64,000 bases of DNA from Okamejei kenojei (Eukaryota): the NCBI GenBank assembly GCA_035221665.1, contig CM069154.1, positions 5,208,001 through 5,272,000 on the forward strand, given 5' to 3'. The notes under the pieces were generated by a model, which was not told the DNA's origin, did no database searches, and saw only the letters and a program-made list of their open reading frames with translations. Position 1 is the stretch's first letter. Every line of letters starts with the position of its first letter. This document shows positions 25,539-39,400 of this stretch, piece by piece. A program made the position numbers and the translations under genes.

Positions 25539-28500
25539 AAGAGCCAACATAGTGACTGTTCCCCTGGATCTGGGCTGTTTCTGGTGGGTGAATTCTCCCT
25601 GTCCCCACCTCCATGTCTCGGCTGCATTGGATCGGTTTTCGTCCCTGCACTGCGTTTGAGTTGTCCTCTTCCTCATTTGCAACAGAAGTAAGTCAATTTC
25701 CGTTTACCCAGGAAACGACTTTGCAGTGGTTCGAGAATAACTTGGATACTCACTTGCCACCTCCCCAAGCCTCCTCACCACGGACAATGCACCTATCAGG
25801 AGCTCGCTGCAATGCTCTCCAGTTGCCTGGATTGGAGCATCTCCTCGAAGCTCTGCTTCATCCTGGTGACGTTTGCCCGCTTGGCTGGCACTTGGTCCAC
25901 TACCGCAAACATTCCCTTGCCCACCCCCTCAACCCCCTCCCCTAAATGCGGGCACACTGTGTCTGAACTTGTATGGGATTAGGAGGCAGAGATCAGCCAT
26001 GTTTGAATGGTGGAGTAGACTCGATGGGCCGAATGGCCAAATTCTACTCCTGGAACGCGTGAACTTGTGATCTGTTAACCCACCTCAAAATGCGCGTCAC
26101 TAATTTGTCCAGCCTTCCTCAGCTTCTCATGCGTTGAAAATTTATCCAGGAAAAATAAGACAATGCCAAACGTGCTCAGGTAAGTCTTCTCATGTCACCA
26201 GATAAACACCAGATAGATTCTTAATTAGTAATTAGTACATGTGTCAGAGGTTATGGAGAGAAGGCAGGAGAAAGGGGTTGGGAGGGAGAGATAGATCAGC
26301 CATGATTGAATCGTGAATGTCTTTTGGGTGAATGTCAGGATGTATAGACGTGTCTATACATAGGTGCAGAATTTGGCCATTTTGGCCATCGAGTCTACTT
26401 CGCCATTCAATCATGGATGATATATCTTTCCCCCTCGATCCCATTCTCCTGCCTTCTCTCCACAACCTTTTGTCACCCTGAGTAAACCTGTCAATCTCCA
26501 ATTGAAAAATATCCATTGACTTGGCCTCCACAGCCGTCTGTGTCAATGAATTCCACAGATTCATCACCCTCTGGCTAAAGAAATTCCTCCTCTAGTGGTC
26601 ACGTTAGATTGGACATAGGTGGGGTGTGGTGATGCTGTAGGGTCAAGGTGATGAGATTTGTACATCTCCAACTGGTGAACACCCTCTCTGGCCCTCAAAA
26701 GCTAAACGATGATTATTTTGCGTCATTCCATCAGAATAATAATATTGATATAATGATTACCCATAATTTTTATCTTATTCTTCTAACGTGTGTCCACAGT
26801 TCAATACTTGTAATCATTTCACCGGTGTTATATCCCCATTGCTCAATGGTTAAATGGTACTTTATTGTCTCATGCACTTGGGTACAGTGCAATTTATTTT
26901 GCATAGAATTCAGTAAAAATCTTACTTTATATAAGCACAGCTGAAGCTAAGGACAAGAGTGTATTAATAGCAGATTATATGATACAGTACACAAGAGTTG
27001 CCACATTTCTGGCGGTATCATATATACTTAAAGGTCAAATTGGTTAAAAAGCTATTTTCTTATTTTGGGCTTAAAGGCCCGTTGTCGTGGAGACGGCATT
27101 GGGTGGGAGTTGCAGGTTTCGTCCTGGCCTGGCGATGTTGTCGGTGCCTCCACCACCGCTCCGTGCTGCTGCAGGCCGTGTCCAATCCGCTCGCTCGTCC
27201 CCGATCACTGTGGGACCTCCAGCGGCACCCGATCCACCGGCTGCTGCAGGGCCTCCAGCAGCCCACTCACACTCCGCCCACACCTCGACCCACCAACGCA
27301 CCCTTTTCCCCTCGCCTCCCACGGCCGTCTCCATGCGAGGTGAGGCCCCACCCAGCCAGCTCACCGACGCTGATCCTCTCCTCCCTCCACCACTGCCGAC
27401 CCCATCTCCAAGATCTCGGCTGTTTTTTTCCTTGAATAACAATTAAAACACAGTTTATAATCTCTACCATCAAATTTTACCCAAGGAAATGACCCAGGGC
27501 GGCACAGTGGCGCAGCGGTAGAGTTGCTGCCTTACAGCGCCAGAGACCCGGGTTTGATCATGACTACGGGTGCTGTCTGTACGGAGTTTGTATGTTCTGC
27601 CTGTGACAGAGTGGGTTTTCTCCGGGTGCTCCGGTTTCCTCCCACAATCCAAAGACGTGTAGTTTTGTAGGTTAATTGGCCTCTGTATAATTGTAAATTG
27701 TCCCTCGTGTGTATGATAGTGCGAGTGTACGGGGTGATCATTGGTCGGCGCGGACTTGGTTGGCTGTAGGGCCTACAGTGCCCTCCATAATGTTTGGGAC
27801 AAAGACCCATCATTTATTTATTTGCCTCTGTACTCCACAATTTGAGATTTGTAATAGAAAAAAATCACATGTGGTTAAAGTGCACATAGTCAAATATTAA
27901 TAAAGGCCATTTTTACACATTTTGGTTTCACCATGTAGAAATTACAGCAGTGTTTATACATAGTCCCCCCCCATTTCAGGGCACCATAATGTTTGGGACA
28001 CAGCAATGTCATGTAAATGAAAGTAGTCATGTTTACTATTGTGTTGCATATCCTTTACTGCTTGAAGTCTGTGATTAATGGACATCACCAGTTGCTGGGT
28101 GTCCTCTGGTGATGTTCTGCTAGGCCTGTATTGCAGCCATCTTTAGCTTACGCTTGTTTTGGGGGCGAGTCACCTTCAGGTTCTCTTCAGCATATAAAAG
28201 GCATGCTCAATTGGGTTCAGAATGATTTGGCCACTCAAGAATTGAAAATTTTTAGCTTTGAAAAATTCCTTTGTTGCTTTTGCAATATGTTTGGAATCAT
28301 TGTCTTGCTGTAGAATGAACTGCCAGCCTATGAGTTTTGGGGCATTTGTTTGAACTTGAGCAGATAGGATATGTCTATACACTTCAGAATTCATTATGCT
28401 ACCACCATTAGCAGTTGTATCATCAATGAAGATAAGTGAGTCAGTACCTTCAGCAGCCATACATGCCCAGGCCATAACACCCCCACCACTGTGTTTCACA

Positions 28501-28874
28501 GATGAGGTGGTATGATTTGGATCTTGGGCAGTTCCTTCTCTTCTCCATACTTTGCTCCTGCCATTAATCTGATATGTTAATCTTCGTCTCATCTGTCCAC
28601 AAGATATTTTTCCAGACCTGTGGTTGCTCCTTTAAGTACTTTGTGGCAAACAGTAACCTGGCCATCCTATTTTTGTAGCTAACCAGTGGTTTGCATCTTG
28701 CAGTGTAGCCTCTGTATATCTGTTCATGATGTCTTCTGCAGACAATAGTTGTTGACAAATCGACACCTGACTTCTGAAGAGTGTTTCTGATCTGTCGGAC
28801 AGGTTTTTCTTTATTACAGAGAGAATTCTTCTGTCTTGGAGGTCTTCCTTGGCCTGCCAGTCCCTTTGCGATTA

Positions 28875-31800
28875 ATTAAAAAAATATATGTATTTTATTT
28901 TATTAGAAGTATGTACAGCAATATGGCACCAAGGTGCCTAATATATATTGACATATTACTTTTTATGTACAGCATCTTTTTTTTGTAAAATATTTTTATT
29001 AGAAGTAAATACATATTAAGAAGAAATAACATAAAATCGAAAAAAAAGGAAACATATTATTCGTCACATACATTCTTAATATTTTTAAAATTTACGGTCA
29101 TTCTTATTTATACTTCTATATTTTTTATTATTTTATAACAGTAGGAAATAAAGAGAAATAATAAAAAGAAAACGAAATAAGAAAGAAATAAAAAATCAAT
29201 AAAATGAGTGGAGTATTAAGCAAGATATTCTTCATTGGAGATATGTTCGTGATCTATTGTATATAATTCTTCATCTATTCCTTCATTCAGGCTTCAGTCA
29301 GGGCCTCGAACCGGACCACCTTAACCCTTTAAGTATTCAATAAATGGAGACCATATTCCTCTGAATTGATCTAACCTGTCCATTAGGACAAGTCTTAATC
29401 TTTCCAGGTGAAGTGTCTCCGACATTTCTGTAATCCACATTTTGATTGTGGGGGATATGGGACCTTTCCAAAATCTTAGTATTAATTTTTTACCAATTAT
29501 TAAACTATAACCAATAAAAATTATTTGTTGTGTTGTTAGTAGCTGATCCGTTTCTAATATTCCTAATATAATTAATTTTGAGTCTGGAATTAAATTTGCA
29601 TTAACTACATTCGAGATTATCTTTAAAAATTCTGTCCAAAAAATTAGTAATTTTTGTACAATTTTGTGAATGAATGCGTTAGATTAGCTTCTAACTGTTG
29701 ACATTTATCACATATAGCAGAAACATTTGAGAAAATTCTGTTTAATTTGGATTTTGAGAAGTGTAATCTATGTATAACTTTAATTGTATCAAGGAGTGTC
29801 TGGCATTTAATGAGCAATGGTGTATATGTTGTAAACTTTCATTCCATACTTCTATACTAATTGTTTGATCTAATTCGTTTTCCCATGCTTGTCTATATTT
29901 TTCTGTATTTGGTAAATCATTTTCCAGTAAGATATTATAAATATATGATATTTATTAGGTATTAGGGGTTCAGTATTGATGTGGATAGAGAACTGGCTGG
30001 CAAACAGGAAGCAAAGAGTAGGAGTAAACGGGTCCTTTTCACAATGGCAGGCAGTAACTAGTGGGGTACCGCAGGGCTCAGTGCTGGGACCCCAGCTATT
30101 TACAATATATATTAATGATCTGGATGAGGGAATTGAAGGCAATATCTCCAAGTTTGCGGATGACACTAAGCTGGGGGGCAGTGTTCGCTGTGAGGAGGAT
30201 GCTAGGAGACTGCAAGGTGACTTGGATAGGCTGGGTGAGTGGGCAAATGTTTGGCAGATGCAGTATTAAATGTGGATAAATGTGAGGTTATCCACTTTGG
30301 TGGCAAAAACAGGAAAGCAGAATATTATTTAAATGGTGGCCGATTAGGAAAAGGGGAGATGCAGCGAGACCTGGGTGTCATGGTACACCAGTCATTGAAA
30401 GTAGGCATGCAGGTGCAGCAGGCAGTGAAAAAAGCGAATGGTATGTTAGCTTTCATAGCAAAAGGATTTGAGTACAGGAGCAGGGAGGTTTCTACTTCAG
30501 TTGTACAGGGTCTTGGTGAGACCACACCTGGAGTATTGCGTGCAGTTTTGGTCTCCAAATCTGAGGAAGGACATTATTGCCATAGAGGGAGTGCAGAGAA
30601 GGTTCACCAGACTGATTCCTGGGATGTCAGGACTGTCTTATGAAGAAAGACTGGATAGACTTGGTTTTACTCTCTGGAATTTAGGAGATTAAGAGGGGAT
30701 CTTATAGAAACTTACAAAATTCTTAAGGGGTTGGACAGGCTAGAATGCAGGAAGATTGTTCCCGATGTTGGGGAAGTCCAGGACAAGGGGTCACAGCTTA
30801 AGGATAAGGGGAAATCCTTTAAGACGAGATGAGAAAGACTTTCTTCACACAGAGAGTGGTGAGTCTCTGGAACTCTCTGCCACAGAGGGTAGTTTGAGGC
30901 CAGTTCATTGGCTATATTTAAGAGTGAGTTGGATGTGGCCCTTGTGGCTAAGGGGATCAGAGGGTATGGAGAGAAGGCAGGTACGGGATACTGAGTTGGA
31001 TGATCAGCCATGATCATATTGAATGGCGGTGCAGGCTCGAAGGGCTGAATGGCCTACTCCTGCACCTAATTTCTATGTTTCTATGTTTCTATGATATTAA
31101 TTTTTCTGTATTCGGATGTTTATTTAGACATTCATCTAAAATTTCTGTCTTTCTATTCCTAAAATCTGGTGTATTTGATTTAACATAATCTCTAATTTGT
31201 AGATATCTAAAATATTCTTTTGACTGTAATCCATAATTTTGTTGTAATTCCTGAAATGAAAGAAATAAACTTTCCCTGTAGAGATCACCCATCTTATTTA
31301 TTCCATAGTTCTTCCATTTAAAAAAAACCTTTATCCATCAATGAAGGTTTAAAAGTAATGTTGTTTACAATTGGAAGAGCCACTGGTATACTCTGTAATT
31401 TTAATGTTTTTTTTAATTGTTTCCAAATACGTATACCACTTTCTATTATTGGGTTTCCTCTATAAATTTTCTTATGTATTTTAGTGTTAGCAAATAAAAT
31501 CGAGCTAATTTCGAAAGGTGAACAGTCTTCCTTTTCCATTTTTAACCAGTTTGGTTGTTTATCTACTTCTCCCAACCAGAAATTCATATTTTTTATATTA
31601 ACTGCCCAGTAATAAAACATAAAATTAGGCAATGCAAAACCTCCATTCATTTTTGATTTACATAGATGTTTTTAAATTATTCTATGGTTCTTATAATCCC
31701 AAATAAAATTAGCAACTATAGAGTCCACTTTCTTAAAAAAAATTTTAGGAAGATATATCGGGATCAGTTGAAACAAGTATAATAATTGTGGAAAAAATAT

Positions 31801-34800
31801 CATTTTTATCGCACTAATTTTACCTAGCATTGAAGTAGGTAATGTTTTCCAATATAGGATATTCTTAAGTAGTTTATTCAATAAGGGTGGGAAATTAAAT
31901 TTAAATAAAGAATCATATCTTTTTGTTACATAAATTCCAAGATATCTGATTTTTTTCATTTGCTATCTTAAAAGGATATTGTTCTAATATATGTAAGTTA
32001 TTTTCCATTATTGGCATAAATTCACTTTTATTCCAATTAATTCTATATCCTGAAAACGATCCAAATTGAGTTATTAAATCTATTAAGTTAGGAATACTAA
32101 TTTCAGGCTTTGTGATATAAAGTAATACTTCTTATTTATTTATTTTTTTAATAATGGAAAAGTAAAAGAGAGTAGAAAATAAAAGATAGAGAAACATGTG
32201 AAAAAGAAAACAGTGTGAAAAAAGAAAATTGAGAATGAAAAAGAAAAAAAAGAGAAGAGTAAAGAGTAAGAGATTAAGGAGATCATTATCTATATTTTTG
32301 ACCATCCCTCACCCAATCCTGAAACAGTTAGCTTCTATGGTTTTGTTGCACCACATGCTTCCAATAAATCGACAAATGGAGACCAACTCGTTAAAAATTG
32401 GTCTGATTTATCTATTAGGAGGAATCGCATTTCCTCAAGATGTGCAGTTTCCAACCACGTTTGAAATCCACATTTTAAGCATTGGTATGGTTGTATTTTT
32501 CCAAAAGTTTTTTTGCCGTTATTAACCCATAATTTAAAAAAAAATTGAGATGAGTTCAGTTTATTCCCATCTTCCATTACTCCAAATATAATAATTTCAG
32601 TATTAGGTTCCATTTTAATCTTAAATAATTTTGTAAATATTTCAAAAATATCACTCCAGAATTTATAAAGTTTTATGCAGGAGACAAAAGAGTGTGTTAT
32701 AGTTGCGTTTTGGGATCGACATTCATCACAAATGGGGGAAGTATTTGGATAGAATTTATTCAGAATTTATTCAGTCTACTTATATTTTGATTAATATAAT
32801 CTATGTAAAATTTTAAATTGAATTAAATTATCTTACATTAATCGAATATTTGTGTATATATATCAAATACTTTTCTCATGTTCCTTCTTAATTTTTATCA
32901 TTAATTCTCGTTCCCACTCTTCTCTAAGTGTCTCTTTCGATGGTAAATCTATATTTAAAATACTACTATATAAATATGATATTAATTTCTGTGTCAGCCT
33001 TATTGTTCATTGCTTCTTCCAATGGTTCTGAAGTTATGTTTTGATATCTTTGTATGTATTTCTTCATGGTCACAGATCTGAAGATATTTAAAATATTGGT
33101 TATTTTTCAGTATAAATTTTAATTGTAGTTGTTGGAATGATAACAGATTTCCCATTTCATACATATCCCCATTGATCCTTATTTATCTCCCCTGGATTCT
33201 TTCCCTTCGCATTGACCGCTTTTCTCCATGTTTTATCTTAAGATCCTTTTATTTGATGATTTAAATGAAGGATTATTCACTATTAGCATTAATAATGATA
33301 GGTTTCTTAATTTTTATTGTTCTTTTTATGTTAATTTTTGTTAGAATTAAGCACAATAGTGTGGTACTTAACTACCTAATACATACATACATACATATTT
33401 ACATTCTTGTACAACTTCATACTTTTGATTTAATAATAAAAGAACAGTGAGAGAAAAAATAAATAGAGTGTCGGAATAGATAGTCAAGCGAGTAGAAACA
33501 GAAAGCAAAAGAAATAAAGGACAGAGATAAGAAGTTAAAAGATTGAAAGAAAAGGAGAAAGTAAAGAAAAGAAAGATTGGGAGAGATCTACCTATCTCAT
33601 ATTTTTGCCCATCCATCACCCGGTTCTAAACCATTTAATTTCTAAGGTTATGTTATGTTGCACCATATGCTGTAAAAAGTTGATAAAAGGAGACCAAATC
33701 TTTAAGAATAGGTCTACTTTGCCTAATAGGAGGAATCTCATTTCTTCAAGATGTAGCATTTCAGACATGCTTGAAATCCACATCTTGAATGTTGGCGTAG
33801 GTACGTTTTTCCAAAATTTGAGTATGTTTTTTTTGCTGTTATTAGACCGCAATTAAGAAAAGCTTCTTGGAATATAGTTAGTTTACTTCCCTCTTCCATT
33901 ATCCAAAGATAATCAGTTCTGTATGGGGGTTCAATTTTGTGTTAAATCGTTTGTAAAAATTCCAAAAATTTCATTCCAAAATTTATACAGTTTTTGTACA
34001 AGAGACAAAGGAATGTGCTATAGTGGCATTTTGAGTTAGACATTTATCACAGATGGGGGGAAACATTTGAAAAATATTTTATTCAGTCTAGTTTTCGAAT
34101 AATAATATATTAAAATTGTAAATTGAATTAGGTTATGTCTTACATTCATTGAACATTTATTTACATATAATAGATTTTTATCCCATCTATCGTTCGGAAT
34201 TTTTTATCTATAACTTGTTCCCAGTCCCTTCTAATTGCCTCTGTCGTTGGTGTTTCTATATTTAGAATGATATTATATAAGTAGGATATTAAATTGCTTG
34301 ATTCTGCCTTTCTATTCATTCCTTCCTCCAATAAAATCTGGGGTTATTAAAGTTTGATATCCTTGTATATACTTTTTCAAATAATCTTGAATTTGAAGGT
34401 ATTTGAAATATTGATTACTTTTCAAATTATATTTTAGTTGTGTAATTGTTGGGAATGATAAAAAATTTCCCATTTTCATACATATCTCCCATCGTTTTAA
34501 TTCCTATTCTTTCCCAATGGATAAACGTTTTTTATCGATAATGGATGGTTTGAATGAGGGATTATTAGCTATTGGAGAAAGAAGCGATATTTTCTTAATT
34601 TTAAAGTTAGTTTTATTTGTTTCCAAATTCATATTATACTATGAATAATTGGATTCTTCTTATATATTATATTGTTCAGTTTTATCGGGGAAAGAAGGAT
34701 CGCTCCTATATTATAAGGGGAACAATCCTCTTTCTCCATTCTTATCCAATCTACCTGTTGGGCAGAACTGTCCAACCAGTAGATTATATTTTTAATATTC

Positions 34801-35226
34801 ACTGCCCAATAATAATACAATAAGTTAGGGAGTGTCAGTCCCCCTGATTCTTTAGATTTACACAAGTGTTTTTTTTTAAATTCTGTGTGATTTATAATCC
34901 CATATGAAATTTATAATATCAGAATCTAGTTTTTTAAAGATTTTTTTAGGTAAGTATATTGGTATTGATTGAAATAGGTACAATATTTGTGGTAAGATCA
35001 TTTTTATCGCGTTTATTCTGCCTATTACATTGGCAGTGTTTTCCAGGTTTCTTAATTTTAAGGATAATTTTATTTGTTTCCAAATTCTTATTGTATCATG
35101 TATAATTGGGTTATTCTTATATATTGTGTTGTTCAGTTTTATCGGGGAGAAGGGGATCGCTCCTATATTACAAGGAGAACAGTCCTCTTTCTCCATTCTT
35201 ATCCATTCTGTCTGTTGGGTAGAACT
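28875..35226 (-). mobile_element. Stack of three 5'-truncated L1 elements (outer 28875-28985, 32129-33314 and 35045-35226; inner about 28986-32128; inner 33315-35044)
   Basis: Outer TSD GTCCCTTTGCGATTA (28860-28874, 35227-35241); inner TSD AGGTTTCTTAATTTT (33300-33314, 35045-35059); several minus-strand ORF2 C-terminal fragments and 3' tails. Confidence 0.85.
29959..31089 (+). mobile_element. 5'-truncated CR1/HER1-like LINE inserted in an L1
   Basis: [22 protein letters not shown]; (TTCTATGT)n tail; flanked by TATGATATT(T/A)ATT. Confidence 0.92.
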
Positions 35227-35560
35227 GTCCCTTTGCGATTAGTAAGCTCACCAGTGCTCTCTTTCTTCTTAATGATGTTCCAAACAGTTGATTTCGGTAA
35301 GCATAATGTTTGCCTGATGTTATTCTTGTTTCTCAGTCTCATAATGGCTTCTTTGACTTTCATTGGCACAACTTTGGTCCTCATGTTAATAAACAGCAAT
35401 AAAAGTTTCCAAAGGTGATGGAAAGACCGGAGAAAAGACTAGGTGCTGAGAGCTTTCTTATACCTGCATTAAGGAGGCAATTAAGCACACCTGAGCAATT
35501 ACAAACACCTGAGAAGCCATGAGTCCAAAACATTATGGTGCCCTGAAATGGGGGGACTAT

Positions 35561-35696
35561 TTTCTTCTTTCGTATAACGTGCACAGCCTAAAGTTGTTGG
35601 ACAACTTGTGCTCTTTGATCTTCCGTTTGTGCACGTTTAGTTGATTGCATTAGTCGAAACAGGGCGGACCATGTGAAGGTTGCAATCTTCCACCCC
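35561..35696 (-). mobile_element. ~135-bp short retroposon inserted in the Tc1 TIR
   Basis: TSD GGGGGGACTAT (35550-35560, 35697-35707); AAG-type tail; homologous to 48026-48162. Confidence 0.75.
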
Positions 35697-35862
35697 GGGG
35701 GGACTATGTATAAACACAGCTGTAATGTCTACATGGTGTAACCAAAATGCTATGGAGGGCACTGTATGTCCACACTTTAACTCTATAATTCTAAAATAAA
35801 TTCCCATCACTCCCAATTGAATTTAATGTGAACACCAGAGTGAAGAGATTGCAAACTTTTAC

Positions 35863-35969
35863 CTTTTAAAAGTTGTCACACAGCAGATGGAAACCGGGAA
35901 GAGAAGCAGAACTCCAAAGAGTACCCAGCGTACACACCCCAAACACGGCGAACAATCAGCACAATGTCC
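35863..35969 (-). pseudogene. Paralogous TM exon with a 1-nt deletion in the membrane segment and a 1-nt gain near the donor
   Basis: Corrected reading DIVLIVRRVWGV(L)RWVLFGVLLLFPVSICCVTTFK; same splice sites as 9584-9690. Confidence 0.55.
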
Positions 35970-36367
35970 CTGGAAATCCAAGGAAATATTATTACTTCCA
36001 CACAGAGTTATCAAAGATCAACGCTGGGAATTTCTTTTCATCATATTGCACACGGAATCATTCAGTGTGATCCAAGGTTGTGACGTAGATATTGGTGAGA
36101 TGTTTATATCGCAACATGCACCCATTCCTTGGAGGTGTTCCATGACCACATACATCCCACACTGGAAAGGAATTCTACAACATAGACAACTTGGTTCCAG
36201 ATCATTATAGATAGGAAAGTTTAGAGGAATATAGACCAAACATGGGCAGGTGGGACTGGTGTAGATAGGGCATCTTGGTTGGCATGGGCCAGTTGGGCTG
36301 AAGGGCCTGTTTCTGTGTTGTATGTTGCTATGTTCACACTGACTGATGATTCTGATCACACACTTAC

Positions 36368-36424
36368 CTTTGCATCAGTGTCCCCTTGTTCAACCTCTGG
36401 AAGAATCCTGCTTTTATCCAATTT
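36368..36424 (-). CDS. Candidate 57-nt internal exon of the receptor gene
   Basis: CTAG| acceptor and consensus AAG|GTAAGT donor; open in phase 0 (KLDKSRILPEVEQGDTDAK) and phase 2 (NWIKAGFFQRLNKGTLMQ); non-repetitive sequence. Confidence 0.4.
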
Positions 36425-39400
36425 CTAGTGTTTTATAAATTACAATATAGGAGGGTCCTTAGCCCTGATTTAATATCATTGTTCCAGCCTTCGTCACACC
36501 AAATGGCTGAGTTTGCAGAGTGTCATGATACCTATTTAACTCTTAGCTCGGATGTTATCAACTCAGTGGTTATTCTGCATGAAACACATTCACTGCAGGA
36601 CAGGGCAGGAAATGAATCTGATTCTTGTGGTTTGGATGCATACTGTCATTACTGACTAAGCCATCAGGGGGAGCTGTTTGCACATATTTAACTTGCTCCA
36701 CCTTTACTCTGCTTGTATAATTTTTAGCTTCCCACCATGTGTAGCCGTTATAATAATCCTGAAATCCCTGTAGGAAAGAATATTAATGACTTAATAATCC
36801 AGTAATTTGCAGCGCTACGAGAGTGACTTGTTCCTTGGGTTCTCATCAAAGTTATCATCTGACATTAATTCTGTCATGAAGGTGAACAGGTAGTCATTCA
36901 ATGCATTCCTTCTGTAAACCACCATCTTGCAGGTCCTTGTGTCTCTATTCATTAAATGAATTCAGGAAAGCTTCAAGGTGTTGACAATGAACATTCAAAA
37001 TAAGATCATTGCCTCCGGGCACCACACCCTGCATTTACTTGCATTGCATGGCACAAATCCACTAATAGTCTGCTGTTTAATGTTTCCATGTGTGGTACAG
37101 AGTTGTACAGCATGGAAACAGGCCCTTCGGCCCAACTCGTACATGCCGATCAAGATGCCCCATCAAGTTTTAAACTAACCAGTCAGTACAAAAGCAGCTT
37201 TAAATATCACTGTGTTACCAAAAAACAAGATGTGAAATGGTTTTGTTTGAGAATTTCAGTTTTGCGTTTCCCTCTCCCTCTAGTGCTACCCTTGTACGCC
37301 TTAATATATCGGCACAAAAATGACTACATTTCCGATCGTGAATCGTTATCAATCAGGCAAAGAAAACTAAAGCTTGCATCTGTTAATTCGGTGGGGAAAA
37401 ATAAGTTTGACAGGTCAGTCTTCGAAATCTGGTAATTTATATTTTGACAAAATCAAACTGGGACAAGATTGTGCCATATGGAGTCCGTGGCCTCTGAATC
37501 CTCGTGGCTTCTTATTCCACACACACTTGGTGCATACAACACGCACACAAAACATTTTCCAGATTATGTACCGTTTGTGATGGAGCTTTTTTTAAAAAAA
37601 AACACCAGCAAAATCTTGGTGCATTTTCAGAACCTTATGCGAGCACTAGATGGTGACCTCTCAATGCTGTGGGTTTTATGTCTTTGCGGTTGGATACCCA
37701 ATCGTGGGACCAGAAAGTACTTTCACTCCAGTTACATGAAAATATATATTTAAAAAAAAATAATAAAGAATTTAAAAATCATTATATAAACACAAGTTGC
37801 TTTTACTCAAAAATGCCTCTGCTGTTTTATGTGACGTGACAGAGATGAGACGAACTATGTCAAAACTAGGAACTGCAGGTACTGGTTTACCAAAAAAGAC
37901 GCAGAGTGCTGGAGTAATTCAGCAGGTTCATGCAAGGTCTGTGGATGACGTGGACAGGTGAGTTTTGGGTCAGGACTCTTCTTCAGACTACATTGGTTAA
38001 ATTATTCGCTTTTTTCCAACAATCTATCAAATAACCCCCTCGCCTATGTTCGCCTGTTACCGGCCCTGCTCTGTCCTACCCCTCTTTCCCAGCTTTCTTT
38101 CTTGTCCTCCCCGCAATCAGTCTGACCCAAAACGTCACCGATCCAAGTTCTCCAGAGATGTTGCCTGACCCGCTGAGTTACTTCAGCACTTTAAGTCTTG
38201 AGATGAACTCTCACTATTAAAGTATTGATATGGCATCATAAGCAAGAAATCTTCACCTGTCACGTTTTGTTCAGATGCTGTATCTTTACTAGTCCCACCT
38301 GCCTGCATTTGGCCCATACCCATCTAAACCTTGTTAGGGAAAGGTGCTTAGGAATTATAAATAGGATTTGCAGATTAAAAAAATCTGTTGCAAATGAGAT
38401 GTGAAATCAGCAGAATTGATTAAATGAAACTGTTGAATCAGAATGTGTTTTGCTGCAGGGCGAGTTAGCGAGATAAAGGCCTTTTGGCCCAAGTCGTCCA
38501 TTCCTAACTTTTTAAACCTTTTTTAATTTGTTTCCTTTGGTTCTTGATTTTCCCTCCTCTGGTGAACGACTCTGTGCATTCACCCTATCTATTCCCTTCA
38601 TGATTTCATACACCTTTATAAACACCCCTCAGCCTCCAGCAGTCAAAGGAACCTCTCCCTACAGCCCAGGCCCTCAAGTCCTGGCAGCATTCTCGTAAAT
38701 CTTCTCTGTGTTTCTTCCAGCTGAGTGACATCCTGTAGCAAGATTGACCAAAACTGAACACACTTCCAAATGTGGCCTCACCAATATATTGTACAACTGT
38801 AACAAAGACTGGAACAAAGAATAAAGTGATCGTGTCTGGAAGTTGGGGACCACTGAATGGAAGTGTTCTGAAAGCCCAGGCTTGCTTCGATCTGAAGAAG
38901 GTTCCAGAACGGTGCCTGTCCATACCCTCCACAGATGCTGCCCGAACCGCTGTATTCCTCCAGCATTTGTGGTTTTACTCAAAATTCCAGCATTGCATTT
39001 CCTTGTGTCTCACTTTCTTCGATCAGTGTTGTGTGACTCACATGACCTTGGTAAGAAAGAATGTGCTGGAGTTGGTGAGGCAGCATCTCTGCGGAACATG
39101 GATGGGCAATGATTTGGGTCGGGACCCTTCTGGGGGCTTGGAACATTGTGGTGTGGGCACAGGTACAAAGGTAAGGCCTCTGCTGAGGACTGAGTAGAGA
39201 AATCAGGGCAAGTTCAGCTGGGGAACAGGGGAGGGAGATGTGGGGGAGAAAGGGGAGGGGAAGTACGGGGTGTTAGCGGTTGCGTAAAATTGGAGAATTC
39301 AATGTTCATACCATTGGGTTGGAAGCTCCCCATTCAGAATATGAGCAGCATTGCTGCTGGAGATTACTTTCAAGAGTGCATTGTTTGAATTGTTAGTGCT

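Larger units (their letters stand above)
19137..25614 (-). pseudogene. Leader exon paralog split by an L1 (pieces 19137-19172 and 25554-25614)
   Basis: The two halves rejoin into the 1085-1181 leader. It also has an extra G just after the ATG and one G missing at the donor (TCAGTAAAT versus TCAGGTAAAT). Confidence 0.8.
27776..35764 (-). mobile_element. Second (duplicated) Tc1 copy, interrupted by nested LINEs at 28875-35226
   Basis: TA|CAGTGCCCTCCATA ... TATGGAGGGCACTG|TA; transposase remnants LWTDETKIN, QQDNDSKH, LNPIEH. Confidence 0.92.

Noticed and set aside
26998-27473. Several overlapping ORFs in a GC-rich patch (also 7249-7522)
   Set aside because: Low-complexity GC-rich sequence open in many frames; no splice or domain support; partly deleted in the paralog.
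38257-38290. Mini-exon candidate KDTASEQNVT with CAG|GTGAAG
   Set aside because: The acceptor side is repeat-derived and the phase does not fit neighbouring candidates.
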